From Thermaerobacter marianensis (GTDB lineage Bacteria > Bacillota > Sulfobacillia > DVGY01), in contig DYGY01000009.1 in assembly GCA_020724425.1 (NCBI GenBank), positions 1,240 through 65,239 of the forward strand: 64,000 nucleotides of DNA, in the 5' to 3' direction. Shown here piece after piece: positions 48,480 through 59,054 of the stretch. Every line of letters starts with the position of its first letter. Positions within the stretch are counted from its first letter, which is position 1. A program made the translations under genes and the position numbers. The notes beneath the pieces are model-generated. The model saw nothing but the letters and a program-made list of their open reading frames with translations, had not been told where the DNA came from and searched no databases.

Positions 48480-50051
48480 CTAAAAGAGCTTACCTGGATT
48501 TAAAATATTCTCAGGGTCAAAAAGCATTCCTAGAGTACCAAGGACTTGGAGACCCAAAGCCCCTTTTTCTCTTGAGAGATAGGGGAGGTGATCTTTTCCC
48601 ACACCGTGTTGATGACTGATGGTGCCACCCCATTGGATAATAGTCTCACTAGCAAGACCTTTAAGTATCTGCCATTTCCTTAGATTCTCTTCTGGGCTGT
48701 CACTGAGTTTGTAGATATAGGTGGTGTATACACTACAACCATCTGTATACATATGACTTACATGGGTAAAGGTATGCACTTTCTCCTTATCTAAACCATT
48801 GCTGATTTTTTCTTGTAGGTCACGGATTAACCCCAGAGCCTTCCCCCAAGGTATTGCTGTTTCCAAGGTATCTACCGCATAGCCCAGTTCCCAGAGGGTA
48901 TTACGGAGATAGGGAGTCTTAAATCTTGATTTATGCCATTCTGAACCAAAAACAGGCACATGAACCCCGTTATATTGCTTGATAGTGTTTCTTATGGACT
49001 TTTGTGAAGATACCTCTTCTTTGGTACCGGCTATTCCATAGAGAAGAAGAACCTTGTTCTCACCAATACCTCTAAAACCAAGGAGTGTTTCCAAGATAGA
49101 TATTTGTTGTGCTCTTCCTGCTAAGGCTAGGGTTGTGATTGTCTCTATTTCTGTGCTGAGTCTTAGCATAGTTAAGGGAGTTCTTTGTCGGGAGAGCTCA
49201 CGGATTGCTTTTAGACCATGAGAAAAGGTTGGGAAGAATACGGCTTTGAATATTTCTCTTTCCGGGAGCTTATGGATTCTAACGGTGGCTTCGGTAAGGA
49301 TGCCATATCTGCCCTCAGAGCCAAGGATAATCTCTTTAAGATCTGGTCCTGCCGCACTAGCAGGGAAGGGTGGTAGATTGAGTTCACCATGAGGGGTGAT
49401 GAACTTTCCACCAAGGAACATTCTTTCTATTCGACCATAACCCAATGATTGCTGGCCACTAGACCTTGTCGCTATCCAGCCACCTAAGGTTGAATATTCA
49501 AATGATTGGGGGAAATGCCCTAAGGTATAGCCCTTTTCATTAAGAATGGCCTCTAGATCTAATCCATTAATGCCAGCTTGGAAGGTTGCAGTATGGTTCT
49601 CCTCATTGAGATGCATTAGTTTGTTCATTTTGCTTAGATCTACCGTGATGGTAGGTTTGGCATTGTATATATTGATATGGCCAACCACACTTGTTCCTCC
49701 CCCGTAGGGGATTAGGGCGATATCATTATCATAGGCATAGTTAATCAGGCTCTTTATATCCTGATTGCTTTGAGGATAGGCGACTCCAGCGGGAAAGTAT
49801 TCAATGTTACCACTGCGTAAAGCAATCCAATCAGGCAGGCTCTGACCTCTAGCATGCCTTACTCTATCAAAAGAATCAGTTGTGACAAGCTTGTGGCCAA
49901 TGTGACTTTGTGGCACTTTTTTTGTGAGTTCTTCCAAAGAGATATCTTGAGGTTTTCTTGAAGGACCTAGTTTGGATTCTAAAAAAGACAAGGCTGATTC
50001 ATGTAAGGGATATTCCACTTCGATGTTGCCCCAACCGTTCCAGCGTTTCAT
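48480..50051 (-). CDS. FAD-linked oxidase, alkyldihydroxyacetone-phosphate synthase (ADPS/AGPS)-like
   Basis: FAD_binding_4-type N-domain. DRVRHARGQSL...IPYGGGTSVVG resembles the AGPS DRVFRAHG...IPIGGGTSV block rather than the GlcD-type G.GTG motif. Confidence 0.55.
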   Translation of the reverse strand: MKRWNGWGNIEVEYPLHESALSFLESKLGPSRKPQDISLEELTKKVPQSHIGHKLVTTDSFDRVRHARGQSLPDWIALRSGNIEYFPAGVAYPQSNQDIKSLINYAYDNDIALIPYGGGTSVVGHINIYNAKPTITVDLSKMNKLMHLNEENHTATFQAGINGLDLEAILNEKGYTLGHFPQSFEYSTLGGWIATRSSGQQSLGYGRIERMFLGGKFITPHGELNLPPFPASAAGPDLKEIILGSEGRYGILTEATVRIHKLPEREIFKAVFFPTFSHGLKAIRELSRQRTPLTMLRLSTEIETITTLALAGRAQQISILETLLGFRGIGENKVLLLYGIAGTKEEVSSQKSIRNTIKQYNGVHVPVFGSEWHKSRFKTPYLRNTLWELGYAVDTLETAIPWGKALGLIRDLQEKISNGLDKEKVHTFTHVSHMYTDGCSVYTTYIYKLSDSPEENLRKWQILKGLASETIIQWGGTISHQHGVGKDHLPYLSREKGALGLQVLGTLGMLFDPENILNPGKLF

Positions 50052-50179
50052 AATAAATAAGCCACCTCCGTTGGTGGCTTATTTCTACATAATTAGTTTC
50101 CTACCTGCTTATCTAGGTTTAGCCTTTGTGGTTTCAAAGGATCAGCTGTTATATGTGGATAGGGCGCTGTTTCCGCGCC

Positions 50180-50887
50180 CTATCCTAGTTGTCTGAGTTT
50201 TAGATCAAATCTCTTATATAGTGCTAGTATCCAGACTAATGCATAGATTAGACCTATGCCTAGATACAGCCAGGCTGTTTCTCCCTCAAGGATTAACCAG
50301 AACGCCTTTACTGGCCAGTATGTGGGTAGAATACCTAGGAGGAGTTTCCAGTCTGAGGCTATCCAGAAGTCTGCTAAAGGGCCAATCATCATGATACCAA
50401 AGGCCTTCATAATAGCTAAACCCTCCACTTTGTTGTTGGCAAAACCAACTAACAAGAGCAGTGTCACTATTGAAAATAGTGAGGCCACTAGAGCCACGGG
50501 AATCACCTTAGCCCAAAGAGAGTTATCCATTAGCCCGGTTACCGGTAGGGTAATCATGACATAGATAAAACTAAAGATTGTGGTTGTGATAATTCTGTAA
50601 AGGGTATAGCTATTTACTGAAACAGGGGTAACCTGTAGGGCAGTTAGGATTCTGTCATCTCTTTCATCAAGCATAAGAAAGCCAAAAGCTACCCCGGCTA
50701 ACATGGGAATCTCTAGAATGATAAACAGTGCGAGGGCTACAGGGTAGAAGGCCTCATACTGGGGATAGGTTGATAGCAGTCTTAAGAACAATACCAGAAT
50801 CCATGGAGCTATTAACAGATAGGTCAAGAGGCTATCCCTTCTAATGGTTCTAACATCATTCATTCCTAAGGCTGATACAAGTTTCAT
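50180..50887 (-). CDS. ABC-2 family exporter permease
   Basis: 235 aa, six hydrophobic segments. Confidence 0.65.
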   Translation of the reverse strand: MKLVSALGMNDVRTIRRDSLLTYLLIAPWILVLFLRLLSTYPQYEAFYPVALALFIILEIPMLAGVAFGFLMLDERDDRILTALQVTPVSVNSYTLYRIITTTIFSFIYVMITLPVTGLMDNSLWAKVIPVALVASLFSIVTLLLLVGFANNKVEGLAIMKAFGIMMIGPLADFWIASDWKLLLGILPTYWPVKAFWLILEGETAWLYLGIGLIYALVWILALYKRFDLKLRQLG

Positions 50888-51594
50888 TAGATTTTGCCTC
50901 CTCTCTCTGCTACCACATACCTTTGAAAACTGTTCTGGGATACTTTAATGAGGATCCCTATCCAGATTAGCATATAGAGGATTCCATATATCAGTTCCCA
51001 GGTCTCTATAGGGTTAAAGGCGTGATAGATTAAGAGCATGGCTCCCTGAGTGGGTATTAAATAGAAGAGGATGCTATCAGATACCCCAAAAAGATAGAAG
51101 AGAGGGACATTCATTAACAGCATGTAGATTTGACCTGGAATAACAAAGTCGCTGATTGAACTATATGGTGCCACACTTATTAGGCCTAATAGTAGGGCAA
51201 ACACTGACATCAAAGATACTCCAACTAGAAGCCAGAATATGCTGAAGTTCCAGCCATAGGTGAATACTGTCATAATCATACTGACTACCAAGGCCATCAG
51301 AGTCAGGGAAACCAGTTTGGCTGAGAGATACTCCCTATACGTTAACGGAGTTACTACCAAGGCATAAAGACTTCTTTCACTCTTTTCAAAAAGAATCTGT
51401 CCGGCAATAAAGAAAAAGCCGATTACACTAAGATCAACAAAGACAAGCATTGGTACCATAGAGGAAAGACTCTCTTCTGGCATTGATTTTAGGACAACAA
51501 TCCAGACTAAGGTAAGGAAGGCTGCAGCGTATAAAAGACCATAGCGCTGCTGCAAGCGAAAGTCTAGTTGCAGAGCTTTCTGAAAACGCATCAT
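50887..51594 (-). CDS. ABC-2 family exporter permease
   Basis: 235 aa, six hydrophobic segments, overlapping its neighbours. Confidence 0.65.
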   Translation of the reverse strand: MMRFQKALQLDFRLQQRYGLLYAAAFLTLVWIVVLKSMPEESLSSMVPMLVFVDLSVIGFFFIAGQILFEKSERSLYALVVTPLTYREYLSAKLVSLTLMALVVSMIMTVFTYGWNFSIFWLLVGVSLMSVFALLLGLISVAPYSSISDFVIPGQIYMLLMNVPLFYLFGVSDSILFYLIPTQGAMLLIYHAFNPIETWELIYGILYMLIWIGILIKVSQNSFQRYVVAERGGKI

Positions 51595-52445
51595 ATGAGT
51601 TCCCTCCCGGTTACTCTGATGAAGATGTCCTCTAGGGTTGACTCCAAGGTATGGATTGTCTGGATATTCTCATTCTTGATTAGATTAATGAACTTCCCAT
51701 TATCTCCTAGTTGATCTAAAGAGAATTCTTCTTCTAGAAGTTCATTTTCTTTTAGGTATGCTACCTTAACAATTCTTTCTCCCTGCTGGATCTTTAGTTT
51801 TCTAGGTGAGTCAACGAGCACTATCTTGCCATCAACGATAAAAGCCACTCTATCACAGAGTTCATCAGCTACAGTCATGTTATGGGTGGTTAAAAAGATG
51901 GTATGGCCTTTCTTTTTCTCCTCAAAGATCATGTCCTTGATATTTCTGGCATTGATAGGATCTAGTCCCGCTGTGGGTTCATCCAAGAAAAGCAACTCAG
52001 GTTTGTTGATAAGAGCTCTAATGAAGTTTAGCCTCATCTGCATTCCCTTGGAATAGTTGGCCACTCTGGTGTTAGCATCTTCCTGTAAGCCTACCTTTTC
52101 CAAGAGTTCCATCGGGTTTTCTGTTTCACTGGCATACAAAGACTTAAAGAATTGAAGATTTTCAAGTCCGGTTAGTTTCTGATAGTGGTTTGGCATTTCA
52201 AAGGAGACTCCGATGCGTTCATAGTATGATTTACCCAAAGTATTAAGGTCTTTACCAAAGATCTCTACAGAGCCTTGATATTGCTTTAGAAGACCGATAA
52301 GGATTTTCTGGGTCGTACTTTTTCCTGCTCCACTAGGTCCTAGGAAACCAAGTATTTCACCTTTCTTGACATCAAAGCTGATGTCATCCACCGCTAGCTT
52401 CTCACTTCCTTCATACTGGAATGACAGGTTTTCTACACGAATCAT
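51591..52445 (-). CDS. ABC transporter ATP-binding protein
   Basis: Start MIRVENLSF at 52445 after GGAGG. Walker A GPSGAGKST, signature YSKGMQMR, Walker B LLFLDEPT. The ORF track extends 50 codons further upstream without support. Confidence 0.85.
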   Translation of the reverse strand: MIRVENLSFQYEGSEKLAVDDISFDVKKGEILGFLGPSGAGKSTTQKILIGLLKQYQGSVEIFGKDLNTLGKSYYERIGVSFEMPNHYQKLTGLENLQFFKSLYASETENPMELLEKVGLQEDANTRVANYSKGMQMRLNFIRALINKPELLFLDEPTAGLDPINARNIKDMIFEEKKKGHTIFLTTHNMTVADELCDRVAFIVDGKIVLVDSPRKLKIQQGERIVKVAYLKENELLEEEFSLDQLGDNGKFINLIKNENIQTIHTLESTLEDIFIRVTGRELI

Positions 52446-52596
52446 AGGCACCCTCCTTATGGAATTATGTACAAGCATTGACCAGTTGGTCAACTTTAGT
52501 ATACTCCTTGCCGACCAAGTGGTCAATATCTTTTGAGTAAACTTTATGTCTGCTTTTGAATACCCTATAGGCAGAATGATTTGGAGGAGGGTCACA

Positions 52597-53505
52597 ATGG
52601 ATTTTGTTCATGAATCACTGAGACAAAATCAGTTTTGGCTTCACATTATGGAGGAGCATGCCCTGTTCATTAGACTGGGACTACCTTGTAATGAGACGAA
52701 TCTGATTAATGAAGCGAAAAAGCTTGAGGATCTTTTTGGGAAGCTATATCAGAGGTCACTTAAGCTTCCTAGAACAAGAGAAGCAGTATTAAACTTTAAT
52801 GAGGAAGTATTAAGGGCACTAGACCAGATTATCGACTTTAAGAGTATAGTATTAGCCCGACAGGTTACCTGTAATATTGGTGGTTTTAATTTTCCTTTAC
52901 TACTTGATCATGTCAGAAGAGAAGCTATTCGTTTTAGGGTTATTCTCATTAGACTTCAGAATGATATTGAGCTACCTTTAGCTGAAGAGATGCTCCAGGA
53001 AGAGCTTTTCTGGTCAAGGATTATGGGAGAGCATGCCCATTTCATTCATCATCTTTTAGATCCTTCTGAACGAAGGGTCATTGAACAGACTGTTGAATTA
53101 GCAAAAACCTTTGAAACGCTTTCACTTCAGGGAGCGGATTTAGAGTCTATGCTTGTTCCCAGTGCCTTTGAGAACTGGTTACTACCTGAAAACCTCCGGG
53201 AGATTCCACCGGGTCTGGGTAATTTGCCTAAGCCTCTATTGATACCTCGGTTAAGAAGGTTTAATGATGAGGTTAAAGAGAGTGTTATGACTATTAAGAT
53301 TTTTAAGGAGCAAGCTCTGGCACTTCTTAAAGCCTGCCAGGTACTAAGCGTAATTCCTATTCCTTTGGCCCATCATGTTCTTAGAGAAGCAGAAATGGCT
53401 TTAGAGGATTTAGCGATGTTTGATCATAGGGTTGCGGAGAAGACAGAAACCAGAACAACAGAAGAAAAGCCGGTTGTTCGTAGAACCTATAGATATAAGA
53501 GTTGA
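52597..53505 (+). CDS. DUF2935-like hypothetical protein (tandem FW..IM.EHA.FI repeats)
   Basis: Start ATG 52597 after GGAGGAGGG. Internal repeat FWLHIMEEHALFIRL / FWSRIMGEHAHFIHH. Confidence 0.5.
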   Translation: MDFVHESLRQNQFWLHIMEEHALFIRLGLPCNETNLINEAKKLEDLFGKLYQRSLKLPRTREAVLNFNEEVLRALDQIIDFKSIVLARQVTCNIGGFNFPLLLDHVRREAIRFRVILIRLQNDIELPLAEEMLQEELFWSRIMGEHAHFIHHLLDPSERRVIEQTVELAKTFETLSLQGADLESMLVPSAFENWLLPENLREIPPGLGNLPKPLLIPRLRRFNDEVKESVMTIKIFKEQALALLKACQVLSVIPIPLAHHVLREAEMALEDLAMFDHRVAEKTETRTTEEKPVVRRTYRYKS

Positions 53506-53506
53506 G

Positions 53507-53535
53507 GCATGGGTTTCCATGCCTCACTCTATAGA
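53507..53535. terminator. Bidirectional terminator (GAGGCATGGGTTTCCATGCCTC)
   Basis: Perfect hairpin between the convergent genes. Confidence 0.6.
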
Positions 53536-54195
53536 TAACCTTATTTTCTTTTGCATAGAAGCTACTATATCAAGGTCTATACCCAGTTTGGCCAGTATTA
53601 TTAAGGTTAGACCAGTAATACTGAATATACCTCCGATGATATATAGCTCTGGTAACAGGTAGTTTAGGTTATCTCCATGTGATGGCCCGGCGTATAAAGG
53701 GGTGCTTAAGAGTCCTAAACCTGCTGCTAAGAGTGCCATACCTGCAGGTGTTCCATAGGAACGGAATTTACCCATGGGTCTATTAAGATCAACCTTTAAG
53801 AGTTTAATGAAGACAAGGAAAAGAATAGTTAGTATTGCTAGGTATACTCTGACTGCTGCTGGCATGGTGCTGCCCCTTAACATGTTTGAGTACCACATGT
53901 GGACTGCTCCTGAAGCTATAGCTATCAGCATGGTTATGATAGCTGTATTGAAGGCCCACTTTTCACCCTTAAGGAAACCATAGGTGACTATTGAGGCTAC
54001 AAATCCTGCCATTAAGGTGATAACTGTAATTACTTGATAGATTGCTGAGTATTCTGCGTAGTGCTCAAAGCCTTCCCAGTTTTCTGCTCTAAAGACAAAG
54101 GGGATGAGATTAGAAGGAAATATATAATATTCAGGAAAAATATCCAGGACATAGCAGGAATTCGAGAACCTACAGAGAACGACAATATTAACCAA
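53524..54195 (-). CDS. Integral membrane protein (hypothetical)
   Basis: 223 aa, 6-7 TM helices. Divergent from cas3. Confidence 0.5.
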   Translation of the reverse strand: MVNIVVLCRFSNSCYVLDIFPEYYIFPSNLIPFVFRAENWEGFEHYAEYSAIYQVITVITLMAGFVASIVTYGFLKGEKWAFNTAIITMLIAIASGAVHMWYSNMLRGSTMPAAVRVYLAILTILFLVFIKLLKVDLNRPMGKFRSYGTPAGMALLAAGLGLLSTPLYAGPSHGDNLNYLLPELYIIGGIFSITGLTLIILAKLGIDLDIVASMQKKIRLSIE

Positions 54196-54321
54196 TAATC
54201 GTATCCTCGTATGCTTTCCATGTTTTCTTCTGATCTATCGTCCAGTCTTTTTACGTTTATACAAGGAATCTCCAAATAGTGTGAAATTGAGCTTTATGAT
54301 TAATTATAAGGATGTGTATGT

Positions 54322-56478
54322 ATGGACTATCCAATAGCTCATTCCAAGAATAGTGATGAAAAATGGCATTATTTGCGAGAGCACTTGATTGAGGTAGCAA
54401 ATATGACCCACACTTTCTCTAGCACAATGTATCAAGGAAAATTTGGTGCACTTGCCTGGTTAGTTGGGCTTGCTCATGATATTGGTAAGATGGATTCCCG
54501 TTTTCAAGAGTATCTCATGGCAATCCAAGAGGGAAGATCAGCTACAAAAGTTCCACATGCTCCTTTAGCAGCTTATCTGCTATATCGTCTAAAAGAACCA
54601 ATTAAGACAGTTGGGCCTCTAACTGTTGGGGGACATCATTCAGGTGTAAGTGAGATTGGTAATCTTACTGCAAAACTAGCAAACTATGAGTTGGATTCTG
54701 GCCTTGAAGAGTCCATGCGTAATAGTCTAACAGAGATGATTTATGAGCAAAAGCTTACAACAGAAATAACTCCATCGCTCAATTCTCTACAAACGGAGAT
54801 GCTTATAAGAATGCTTTTTTCTGCTTTAGTTGATGCTGATAGATTAGACACTGAAAGACATTTTGACTCTAATACGTCTAGGTTGCGAGCTCATAAAGTT
54901 ACTTTGACTGACTTGGCGAAAAGATTTAAGAATAATCAGGATGAACTTATATTAGGGGTACAGGATAAGCTCTCCAAGGTAAGTGTAGTTCGTAATGAAG
55001 TCTATCAAGCATGTTTGGATGCTGCTAAGGGTAAACCTGGTTTTTATAGACTGACAGTACCAACCGGGGGAGGAAAGACAAGGAGTTCACTGGCGTTTGC
55101 TTTAGATCATGCCATTAAGAATGGGCTCAGAGGCATATTTTTTGCCATACCTTACACCAGCATAATTGATCAGACTGCACAAGTGTACAGGTCGATTCTT
55201 GGAGATGATGCAGTGCTTGAGCATCACAGTCAAAGAAACATTACTGATACTGAGGACTATAGTGAGCAAAAGCTTAGATTAATGCTAGCAGAAGAAAATT
55301 GGGACATGCCGGTTATTGTCACAACGAATGTCCAGTTGTTAGAAAGTCTATTTTCTAACAGCCCTTCAAAATGTAGAAAAATCCATCGTCTAGCTAACAG
55401 TGTCATTGTATTTGATGAGGCTCAGACTCTACCTGTGGAACTACTCAAACCTACGCTCGATGCTTTACGAGATTTAGTTGAAAACTATGGTTCTACGGTA
55501 GTTTTATCTACTGCCACTCAACCAGCTCTGCAATCTAGTTACTTATCAGAGCTTGATATTAAAGAGATTGTACCTGATAATGCTCAGCATTTCGAGCAGT
55601 TGAGGAGAGTTCAGTATAGAAGTTTAGAAGAACTACTAACAATGGAAGCGTTAGCCGAAGAAGTTTCTCGACATGAACAAGTGCTAGTTATCTTGAATAC
55701 CAGGAAAAGTGCTGTAGAGCTTGTGAAAACTTTAGATTCTCCGTATTGCTTCCACTTATCGACCCTTCTTTGTGGGTCTCATCGCAGAAAGATATTGCAA
55801 GAGGTTAGACAGCGACTTAACTATGGACATCCCATTCAGCTCATCAGTACTCAGGTTATCGAAGCAGGTGTTGACCTTGATTTTCCAGTTGTTTATCGTG
55901 CACTAGGTCCCCTTGATCGAATTGTTCAAGCAGCTGGTCGTTGTAACAGGGAAGGAAAATTAGACTATGGTTCAACTGTGATATTCGAGCTGGAAAATGA
56001 TAGAGCTCCGAAAGGACCATATAAGGCGGGTCTTGAGAAATCTAAACTGATTTTGTCTGAATACTCATCACCAGAGATATTGCATGATCCTAAGGTCTTT
56101 GATGAGTACTTTATCCAGTTGTATGATTCCTTAGGTAATAACTTGGATAGATATAACATTCAAGATATGAGAGAAAGGCTCAACTTTCCCGAGGTAGCTG
56201 CCAGGTATCGGCTTATCCCCGAGAAGACTATTCCCGTTTTGGTCAGATACGGTGATTACATGACTACACTTAAGAGCTGGGAAGAGTATCCATCCAGAGA
56301 GACATGGAGACTGCTTCAACCATATTTAGTAAGCATTTATGAGAGTGAAGCAAAGATACATTTCAGAGATGGACTCTTGACCGAGGTTTCTAACGGACTT
56401 TATATGTGGGAGGGGGTATATGATGAAGTACTTGGTTTGAGTGCTATACAGCGTGATCCTAGTGATTTGATTACTTAA
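54322..56478 (+). CDS. cas3: CRISPR-associated nuclease/helicase Cas3 (HD domain + SF2 helicase)
   Basis: N-terminal HD motif (LVGLAHDIGKMD), helicase motif I VPTGGGKT, motif II VVFDEAQ. Confidence 0.9.
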   Translation: MDYPIAHSKNSDEKWHYLREHLIEVANMTHTFSSTMYQGKFGALAWLVGLAHDIGKMDSRFQEYLMAIQEGRSATKVPHAPLAAYLLYRLKEPIKTVGPLTVGGHHSGVSEIGNLTAKLANYELDSGLEESMRNSLTEMIYEQKLTTEITPSLNSLQTEMLIRMLFSALVDADRLDTERHFDSNTSRLRAHKVTLTDLAKRFKNNQDELILGVQDKLSKVSVVRNEVYQACLDAAKGKPGFYRLTVPTGGGKTRSSLAFALDHAIKNGLRGIFFAIPYTSIIDQTAQVYRSILGDDAVLEHHSQRNITDTEDYSEQKLRLMLAEENWDMPVIVTTNVQLLESLFSNSPSKCRKIHRLANSVIVFDEAQTLPVELLKPTLDALRDLVENYGSTVVLSTATQPALQSSYLSELDIKEIVPDNAQHFEQLRRVQYRSLEELLTMEALAEEVSRHEQVLVILNTRKSAVELVKTLDSPYCFHLSTLLCGSHRRKILQEVRQRLNYGHPIQLISTQVIEAGVDLDFPVVYRALGPLDRIVQAAGRCNREGKLDYGSTVIFELENDRAPKGPYKAGLEKSKLILSEYSSPEILHDPKVFDEYFIQLYDSLGNNLDRYNIQDMRERLNFPEVAARYRLIPEKTIPVLVRYGDYMTTLKSWEEYPSRETWRLLQPYLVSIYESEAKIHFRDGLLTEVSNGLYMWEGVYDEVLGLSAIQRDPSDLIT

Positions 56479-56488
56479 GGGAGGAGGA

Positions 56489-57214
56489 TTGATATTGAAT
56501 AATTCGCAATATGATGTAGCGGTCAAATTTGAAGGCGAGCTTGCTTGTTTTACCAGACCAGAGTTTAAGGTAGAACGAGTTACCTATCCAGTCATAACTC
56601 CTTCAGCAGCTAGAGGAGCTTTAGAGGCAATCTTCTGGAAGCCAGAGTTCAGGTGGGAAATTAGAGAAATCTGGTTATTAAAGCCAATTAAGCAAATTGC
56701 CATTATGCGTAACGAAGTAGATAGTCGGCAGAGTAACAGAACCGATGGTTTCTTTATAGAAGATAAACGACAGCAACGAACAAGCTTATTTCTAAAGGAT
56801 GTATCTTATCTCATATTCGCTGATGTAAGGCTTAAGGAAGATGTTGATTTTCACAAGAAAAAATATATCGAGCAATTTAATCGGCGAGTGGAAAAAGGAC
56901 AATGTCACCATCAACCATATTTAGGGACGAGAGAGTGTTCGGCTTATTTTGATTCCCCCGCTGGTAATGAAGTCCCTAAGGATATCGATATGGAAATTGG
57001 AAACATGTTGTTTGATATAGCCTATCGTAGTAGTGAAAACAAGCAGGATATGAAGTTTGTGAGACATCTTGATAATGAGGCTCACATAGTTGATGGATAC
57101 GTTCAACCTTTGTATTTTATGGCTAATCTAGATAAAGGCATCCTGAAGGTACCAGTAAGTAAATACCAGGAGCTGTATAGATTGGAGGGAGTAAATGTTA
57201 AGGGAATTAGTTGA
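56489..57214 (+). CDS. cas5: Cas5, subtype I-C (Cas5d)
   Basis: Position and size match Cas5d. N-terminus VKFEGELACFTRPEF... is typical. The true start is probably TTG 56495. Confidence 0.8.
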   Translation: MILNNSQYDVAVKFEGELACFTRPEFKVERVTYPVITPSAARGALEAIFWKPEFRWEIREIWLLKPIKQIAIMRNEVDSRQSNRTDGFFIEDKRQQRTSLFLKDVSYLIFADVRLKEDVDFHKKKYIEQFNRRVEKGQCHHQPYLGTRECSAYFDSPAGNEVPKDIDMEIGNMLFDIAYRSSENKQDMKFVRHLDNEAHIVDGYVQPLYFMANLDKGILKVPVSKYQELYRLEGVNVKGIS

Positions 57215-59054
57215 GAAAGCAGATGAATTAGAGCATAGAGGTAAATTGAATCCTATTGGATATAAACGTTATAGTGACCCTATTGCCTGGGTTGTGCATC
57301 TTTATCCTGACGAAGATCGTATAGAGCTTGAAGAGTATGAAGGGGAAAATCGACCACGGGCTCAGTCTTCAAGAACCAGTGGGGTATATCCTTATCCGTT
57401 TGCTGATGAAGCTTCCTATGTCTTGGGAATTAAAGAGATGCCTAAAGATAAGATAGATAAAAAGGCATCGAAGAAACATCAAGCATACTTAGCGTTATTA
57501 GATGAAATGGCCCAATCTGAATATTTCCAAGAACCTTTACTTCAGGAAGCAACCTCAACAATCATTAAAAAATTAACAGATGGATCTATTGCTGAGACCT
57601 TTGCTATTAAAGAGATCTACGCTAAGGATTGGATTACATTTGTCTATGAAAAGGATAAGTTAAGGCACCAACATTTGCATGAGATCGAAGCTACAAGAAT
57701 ATTTTGGGCAAACAAGACAGAACAAGAATTTTGCACTACGGAACGGTATCAGTGTGCTATCTGCGGTAAAGAGAAGCGAGTTGCACTTAAGTCACCTAGT
57801 AGCATAGTAGTTATGGGAAGCAATCGGCAGTTAATGAGCTTTAACAAGAATTCCTTTGTATCTTATCGGTATAAGCAGGATGAAGCTCACTTAGGTGTCT
57901 GCCAAGCCTGTGCAGAGAAATCTACTCAAGCACTTGATCATCTGGTGCGGACTCAATCATATACCCTCTTTGAAGATAAACCAATGAGTGGTCAACCAAA
58001 GAGTGATAGCGCTAGAAATCAAGTTGCTGTCTATTGGTTGAAACAAGATGTAGATTTCTCTTTAGAGGGACAATCAATGAATCTTTTAGATCTGTTTTCT
58101 GTTCCAATGTCTCTTCCTACTAATGATGAGATTGTAACAACGGAGGAGTTAATTAAGAAGTTTCTAAAGCTTCCTTCCGAGCAGTCCCAAGGTGCCATTA
58201 ATATCGATAAGAATACATTTTATCTCTCAATCATTAGTCCAAATGGACCTGGGCGGATCGCTGTTAGGGATTGGTTTGAAGTATCAGCTGACAAGGTACA
58301 GGAATCGCTAGTCAATTACCTGGATTCTTTGAGGTTGATAGGAACCAATGGTAAACCCAGTAGGCCATATACCATTTATCAGTTGCTTCAACCCCTAAAG
58401 GATACTGACCCTAACATGGCTAGGGCCCTGTTGAGAAGTGCATATTTAGGCGAGAGGCCTCCTTTCTCTGTATTCCAGACAGCCATAAGGAGGTTACGTG
58501 TGACCGGTGTACGTGATGGCAGTCTTTCAAGCACTAGAAAAAGCGAACACGAACGGGAGTTAGCGGCAACTGAAGTATGGCAAAGACTGTGTTCAATTAT
58601 CAAGTTCTATCTGACATTCGGAACGGAGGAGGCAATAAGCATGGAAAAACTCGACAGTAGCAGGAACATCTCTGCATATCAATCAGGACGACTTTTGGCA
58701 ATATTGGAAGATGTTCAGCGGCAGGCATTAGGTAATACCTTGTCATCTACTCTTGTCGACCGATATTATGGTTCTGCTTCAACTGCACCATCTACCGTAT
58801 TCCCTTTGTTATTAGGTATGGCTACTAAGGCACACATGCCAAAAGTGCGTAAGAATCAGAGGGGGTACACATATCTAGAAACGTTATTAGAGGATGTTAT
58901 GTCGGCAATTGATAAGACTGGAGGTTTTAAGAGAACCCTATCGTTATTAGAACAAGGAGAATTTGCCCTCGGATTCTATCACCAGCGTGCAGAGCTCAAA
59001 AGTAGATTTGCTAAAAATCAAGAGGAGGTAACAGCTGATGGAGATGTATCTTGA
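57195..59054 (+). CDS. cas8c: Cas8c (Csd1), subtype I-C large subunit
   Basis: 619-aa gene between cas5d and cas7. Internal Cys pair CAICGK...C..C. Operon synteny. Confidence 0.8.
   Translation: MLRELVEKADELEHRGKLNPIGYKRYSDPIAWVVHLYPDEDRIELEEYEGENRPRAQSSRTSGVYPYPFADEASYVLGIKEMPKDKIDKKASKKHQAYLALLDEMAQSEYFQEPLLQEATSTIIKKLTDGSIAETFAIKEIYAKDWITFVYEKDKLRHQHLHEIEATRIFWANKTEQEFCTTERYQCAICGKEKRVALKSPSSIVVMGSNRQLMSFNKNSFVSYRYKQDEAHLGVCQACAEKSTQALDHLVRTQSYTLFEDKPMSGQPKSDSARNQVAVYWLKQDVDFSLEGQSMNLLDLFSVPMSLPTNDEIVTTEELIKKFLKLPSEQSQGAINIDKNTFYLSIISPNGPGRIAVRDWFEVSADKVQESLVNYLDSLRLIGTNGKPSRPYTIYQLLQPLKDTDPNMARALLRSAYLGERPPFSVFQTAIRRLRVTGVRDGSLSSTRKSEHERELAATEVWQRLCSIIKFYLTFGTEEAISMEKLDSSRNISAYQSGRLLAILEDVQRQALGNTLSSTLVDRYYGSASTAPSTVFPLLLGMATKAHMPKVRKNQRGYTYLETLLEDVMSAIDKTGGFKRTLSLLEQGEFALGFYHQRAELKSRFAKNQEEVTADGDVS

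Noticed and set aside
51591-52595. 334-aa version of the ABC ATPase with a 50-codon N-terminal extension
   Set aside because: The extension has no RBS and runs into the divergent promoter region. The internal ATG 52445 is preceded by GGAGG and gives a canonical ABC ATPase N-terminus.
54030-54275. 81-aa minus-strand ORF upstream of cas3
   Set aside because: It overlaps the membrane protein gene 53524-54195 in another frame and has no support.
55965-56526. Three short minus-strand ORFs inside cas3 and cas5
   Set aside because: They are antisense to strongly supported cas genes.
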